Both the position numbers and the translations under genes were made by a program. Below, in pieces: positions 61,829 to 64,000 of a stretch of DNA of 64,000 nucleotides. The DNA is from Amoebophrya sp. A120. Lineage: Eukaryota > Protista > Dinoflagellata. Under the pieces are notes generated by a model. The model saw only the letters and a program-made list of their open reading frames with translations. It made no database searches and was not told where the DNA came from. The stretch is from contig CAJINV010000001.1 in the NCBI GenBank assembly GCA_905178155.1, forward strand, positions 5,894,750-5,958,749, given 5' to 3'. Position 1 is the first letter of the stretch; every line of letters begins with the position of its first letter.

Positions 61829-64000
61829 ATGACGGCAAAAAGCGCAGCAGCAGAGAGCAAGAAGAAGATGAAGGAGGTCGAGGCCCAGGAGAGCGCGTCT
61901 ACCAGCGACGACGAGTCCTCCAGTAGTTCGGCGGAAGCGGCCCCGGCCGCGAAGGTGGTCGTGCAAAAGCCGAAGGCCAAGGTCGCTGCCCCGGCGGCGA
62001 AGAAGGACGAGTCCAGCAGCGAGGAAGAATCGACTTCGGACGAGAAGAAGCCCGCCGCCGCGGCTCCGAAGGCCAAGGCAGCCGCTGCTGCGGCGAAGAA
62101 GGAGGAGTCCAGCAGTGAAGAAAGCTCCAGCGAAGAGGAGGAGAAGCCGGCGGCCACTGCGAAGGCCAAGGCCGCGCCGGCGCCTGCTGCCGTCGCAGCG
62201 AAGAAGGACGAGTCCAGCAGCGAAGAAGAGTCTTCGGAAGAGGACGAGAAACCCGCTGCTCCGAAAGCCAAAGCGGCACCAGCTACAACTTCCGTGAAAA
62301 AAGAAGAATCCAGCAGCGAAGAGGAGTCTTCGGACGAAAAGCCTGCCCCGAAGGCGAAAGCAGCGCCCGCGCCTGCAGTTGCTGTTCCGGCTAAGAAGGA
62401 AGAAGAATCCAGCAGCGAGGAAGAGTCTTCCGAAGAGAAGCCGGTTGCGAAAGCAAAAGCCGCTCCTGCAGTCGTTCCGGCTAAGAAGGAAGAAGAATCT
62501 AGCAGCGATGAAGAGTCTTCCGAAGAAAAGCCGGCTGCCAAAGCAAAAGCCGCTCCTGCAGTCGTTCCGGCTAAGAAGGAAGAAGAATCCAGCAGCGAGG
62601 AAGAGTCTTCCGAAGAGAAGCCGGTTGCGAAGGCAAAAGCCGCTCCTGCTGCAGCACCGGTAAAGAAAGAGGAGTCGAGCAGTGAAGAAGAATCCTCCGA
62701 GGACGAAAAGCCGGCTGCTCCGAAGGCAAAAGCGGCCCCGGCTGCTCCGGCTAAGAAGGACGAGTCTAGCAGTGAAGAGGAATCTTCTGACGATGAGAAG
62801 CCGGCACCAAAGGCTAAGGCCGCGCCAGCTCCGGCTAAAAAGGAAGAATCTAGCAGTGAAGGAGAATCTTCTGACGATGAGAAGCCGGCTGCTCCGAAGA
62901 CAAAAGCGGCCCCGGCTGCTCCGGCAAAGAAAGAAGAATCTAGCAGTGAAGAAGAATCTTCAGAGGAGAAGCCGGCACCAAAGGCGAAGGCCGCGCCAGC
63001 GCCAGTAAAGAAGGAAGAATCTAGTAGCGAGGAAGAATCTTCTGAGGATGAGAAGCCGGCTGCTCCGAAGGCAAAAGCGGCCCCGGCTGCTCCGGCAAAG
63101 AAAGAAGAGTCTAGTAGCGAGGAGGAATCTTCTGATGGTGAGAAGCCGGCTGCTCCAAAGGCAAAAGCGGCCCCGGCTGCTCCGGCTAAGAAGGAAGAAT
63201 CTAGTAGTGAAGAGGAATCTTCAGAGGAGAAGCCGGCACCGAAAGCGAAGGCTGCACCAGCGCCAGTAAAGAAGGAAGAGTCTAGTAGCGAAGAGGAATC
63301 TTCGGATGATGAGAAGCCGGCTGCTCCGAAGGCAAAAGCGGCCCCGGCTGCTCCGGCAAAGAAGGAAGAATCTAGTAGCGAGGAGGAATCTTCTGATGAA
63401 AAGCCGGCACCGAAAGCGAAGGCCGCACCAGCTGCGGCGAAGAAAGAAGAATCTAGTAGCGAGGAGGAATCTTCTGACGATGAGAAGCCGGCTGCTCCGA
63501 AGGCAAAAGCGGCCCCGGCTGCTCCGGCAAAGAAAGAAGAGTCTAGTAGCGAGGAGGAATCTTCTGATGATGAGAAGCCGGCTGCTCCGAAGGCAAAAGC
63601 GGCCCCGGCTGCTCCGACTAAGAAGGAAGAATCTAGTAGTGAAGAAGAATCTTCTGACGATGAGAAGCCGGCTGCTCCGAAGGCAAAAGTGGCTCCGGCT
63701 GCTCCGGCAAAGAAAGAAGAATCTAGCAGTGAAGAAGAATCTTCCGATGAGAAGCCGGCACCAAAGGCAAAGGCAGCACCTGCTCCAGTAAAGAAGGAAG
63801 AATCTAGTAGCGAGGAAGAGTCTTCTGATGAAAAGCCGGCACCGAAAGCCAAGGCCGCACCAGCTCCGGCGAAGAAAGAAGAATCTAGTAGCGAGGAAGA
63901 GTCATCGGAGGACGAAAAGCCGGCCCCGAAGGCAAAAGCGGCACCGGCCCCGGCGAAGAAAGAAGAGAGCAGTGAAGAGGAATCGTCTGAAGACACGGAG
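61829..64000 (+). CDS. Nucleolin/NOLC1(Nopp140)/Srp40-like protein with alternating acidic-serine and K/A/P repeats; runs off the window
   Basis: MTAKSAAAESKKK... then more than 30 units like KKEESSSEEESSDDEKPAAPKAKAAPAAPA with no stop to the window end; missing from the ORF track because it is unterminated. Confidence 0.75.
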   Translation, partial: MTAKSAAAESKKKMKEVEAQESASTSDDESSSSSAEAAPAAKVVVQKPKAKVAAPAAKKDESSSEEESTSDEKKPAAAAPKAKAAAAAAKKEESSSEESSSEEEEKPAATAKAKAAPAPAAVAAKKDESSSEEESSEEDEKPAAPKAKAAPATTSVKKEESSSEEESSDEKPAPKAKAAPAPAVAVPAKKEEESSSEEESSEEKPVAKAKAAPAVVPAKKEEESSSDEESSEEKPAAKAKAAPAVVPAKKEEESSSEEESSEEKPVAKAKAAPAAAPVKKEESSSEEESSEDEKPAAPKAKAAPAAPAKKDESSSEEESSDDEKPAPKAKAAPAPAKKEESSSEGESSDDEKPAAPKTKAAPAAPAKKEESSSEEESSEEKPAPKAKAAPAPVKKEESSSEEESSEDEKPAAPKAKAAPAAPAKKEESSSEEESSDGEKPAAPKAKAAPAAPAKKEESSSEEESSEEKPAPKAKAAPAPVKKEESSSEEESSDDEKPAAPKAKAAPAAPAKKEESSSEEESSDEKPAPKAKAAPAAAKKEESSSEEESSDDEKPAAPKAKAAPAAPAKKEESSSEEESSDDEKPAAPKAKAAPAAPTKKEESSSEEESSDDEKPAAPKAKVAPAAPAKKEESSSEEESSDEKPAPKAKAAPAPVKKEESSSEEESSDEKPAPKAKAAPAPAKKEESSSEEESSEDEKPAPKAKAAPAPAKKEESSEEESSEDTE
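61960..64000 (+). repeat. Coding minisatellite (about 78-90 bp units)
   Basis: Repeated AAGAAGGAAGAATCTAGTAGCGAGGAGGAATCTTCTGA...GAGAAGCCGGCTGCTCCGAAGGCAAAAGCGGCCCCG with variation mostly at wobble positions. Confidence 0.9.

Noticed and set aside
61807-63996. 729-aa minus-strand ORF (SSSLLDSSFFAGA repeats)
   Set aside because: Antisense shadow of the plus-strand K/E/S/A/P repeat gene; variation falls at plus-strand wobble positions.
1-64000. Autonomous transposase, reverse transcriptase, rRNA, tRNA or dinoflagellate spliced-leader relic
   Set aside because: No matching motifs were seen by eye; a covariance-model or HMM search would be needed to exclude small or divergent cases.

Overview
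Eukaryotic (alveolate) genomic DNA, most likely a parasitic dinoflagellate of the Amoebophrya/Syndiniales type (inferred from the intron architecture, unidirectional gene order and gene content). It holds 13 protein-coding genes, all on the + strand: WD40-like, IKS1-like kinase, hypothetical, condensin SMC4, LCAT-like alpha/beta hydrolase, Mei2-like RRM protein, single-pass membrane protein, alveolate-type guanylyl cyclase, secreted coiled-coil/TSP1/vWA protein, secreted coiled-coil protein, RER1, hypothetical, and a nucleolin/NOLC1-like repeat protein. The dominant signal is 38 short (mostly about 160-360 bp) non-coding elements, all inside coding sequence. Almost all start with TAT and end with ATA, carry terminal inverted repeats (TIRs) and are flanked by a 5-bp direct repeat (24 perfect, 14 decayed). 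Removing an element plus 5 nt restores the reading frame, so they behave as non-canonical introns (introner/MITE-like). They fall into at least 8 TIR families, occur in both orientations and share an internal TGTNATGC motif. SMC4 alone has 22 of them among about 30 introns. Exon/intron coordinates were derived by eye and lack transcript support.
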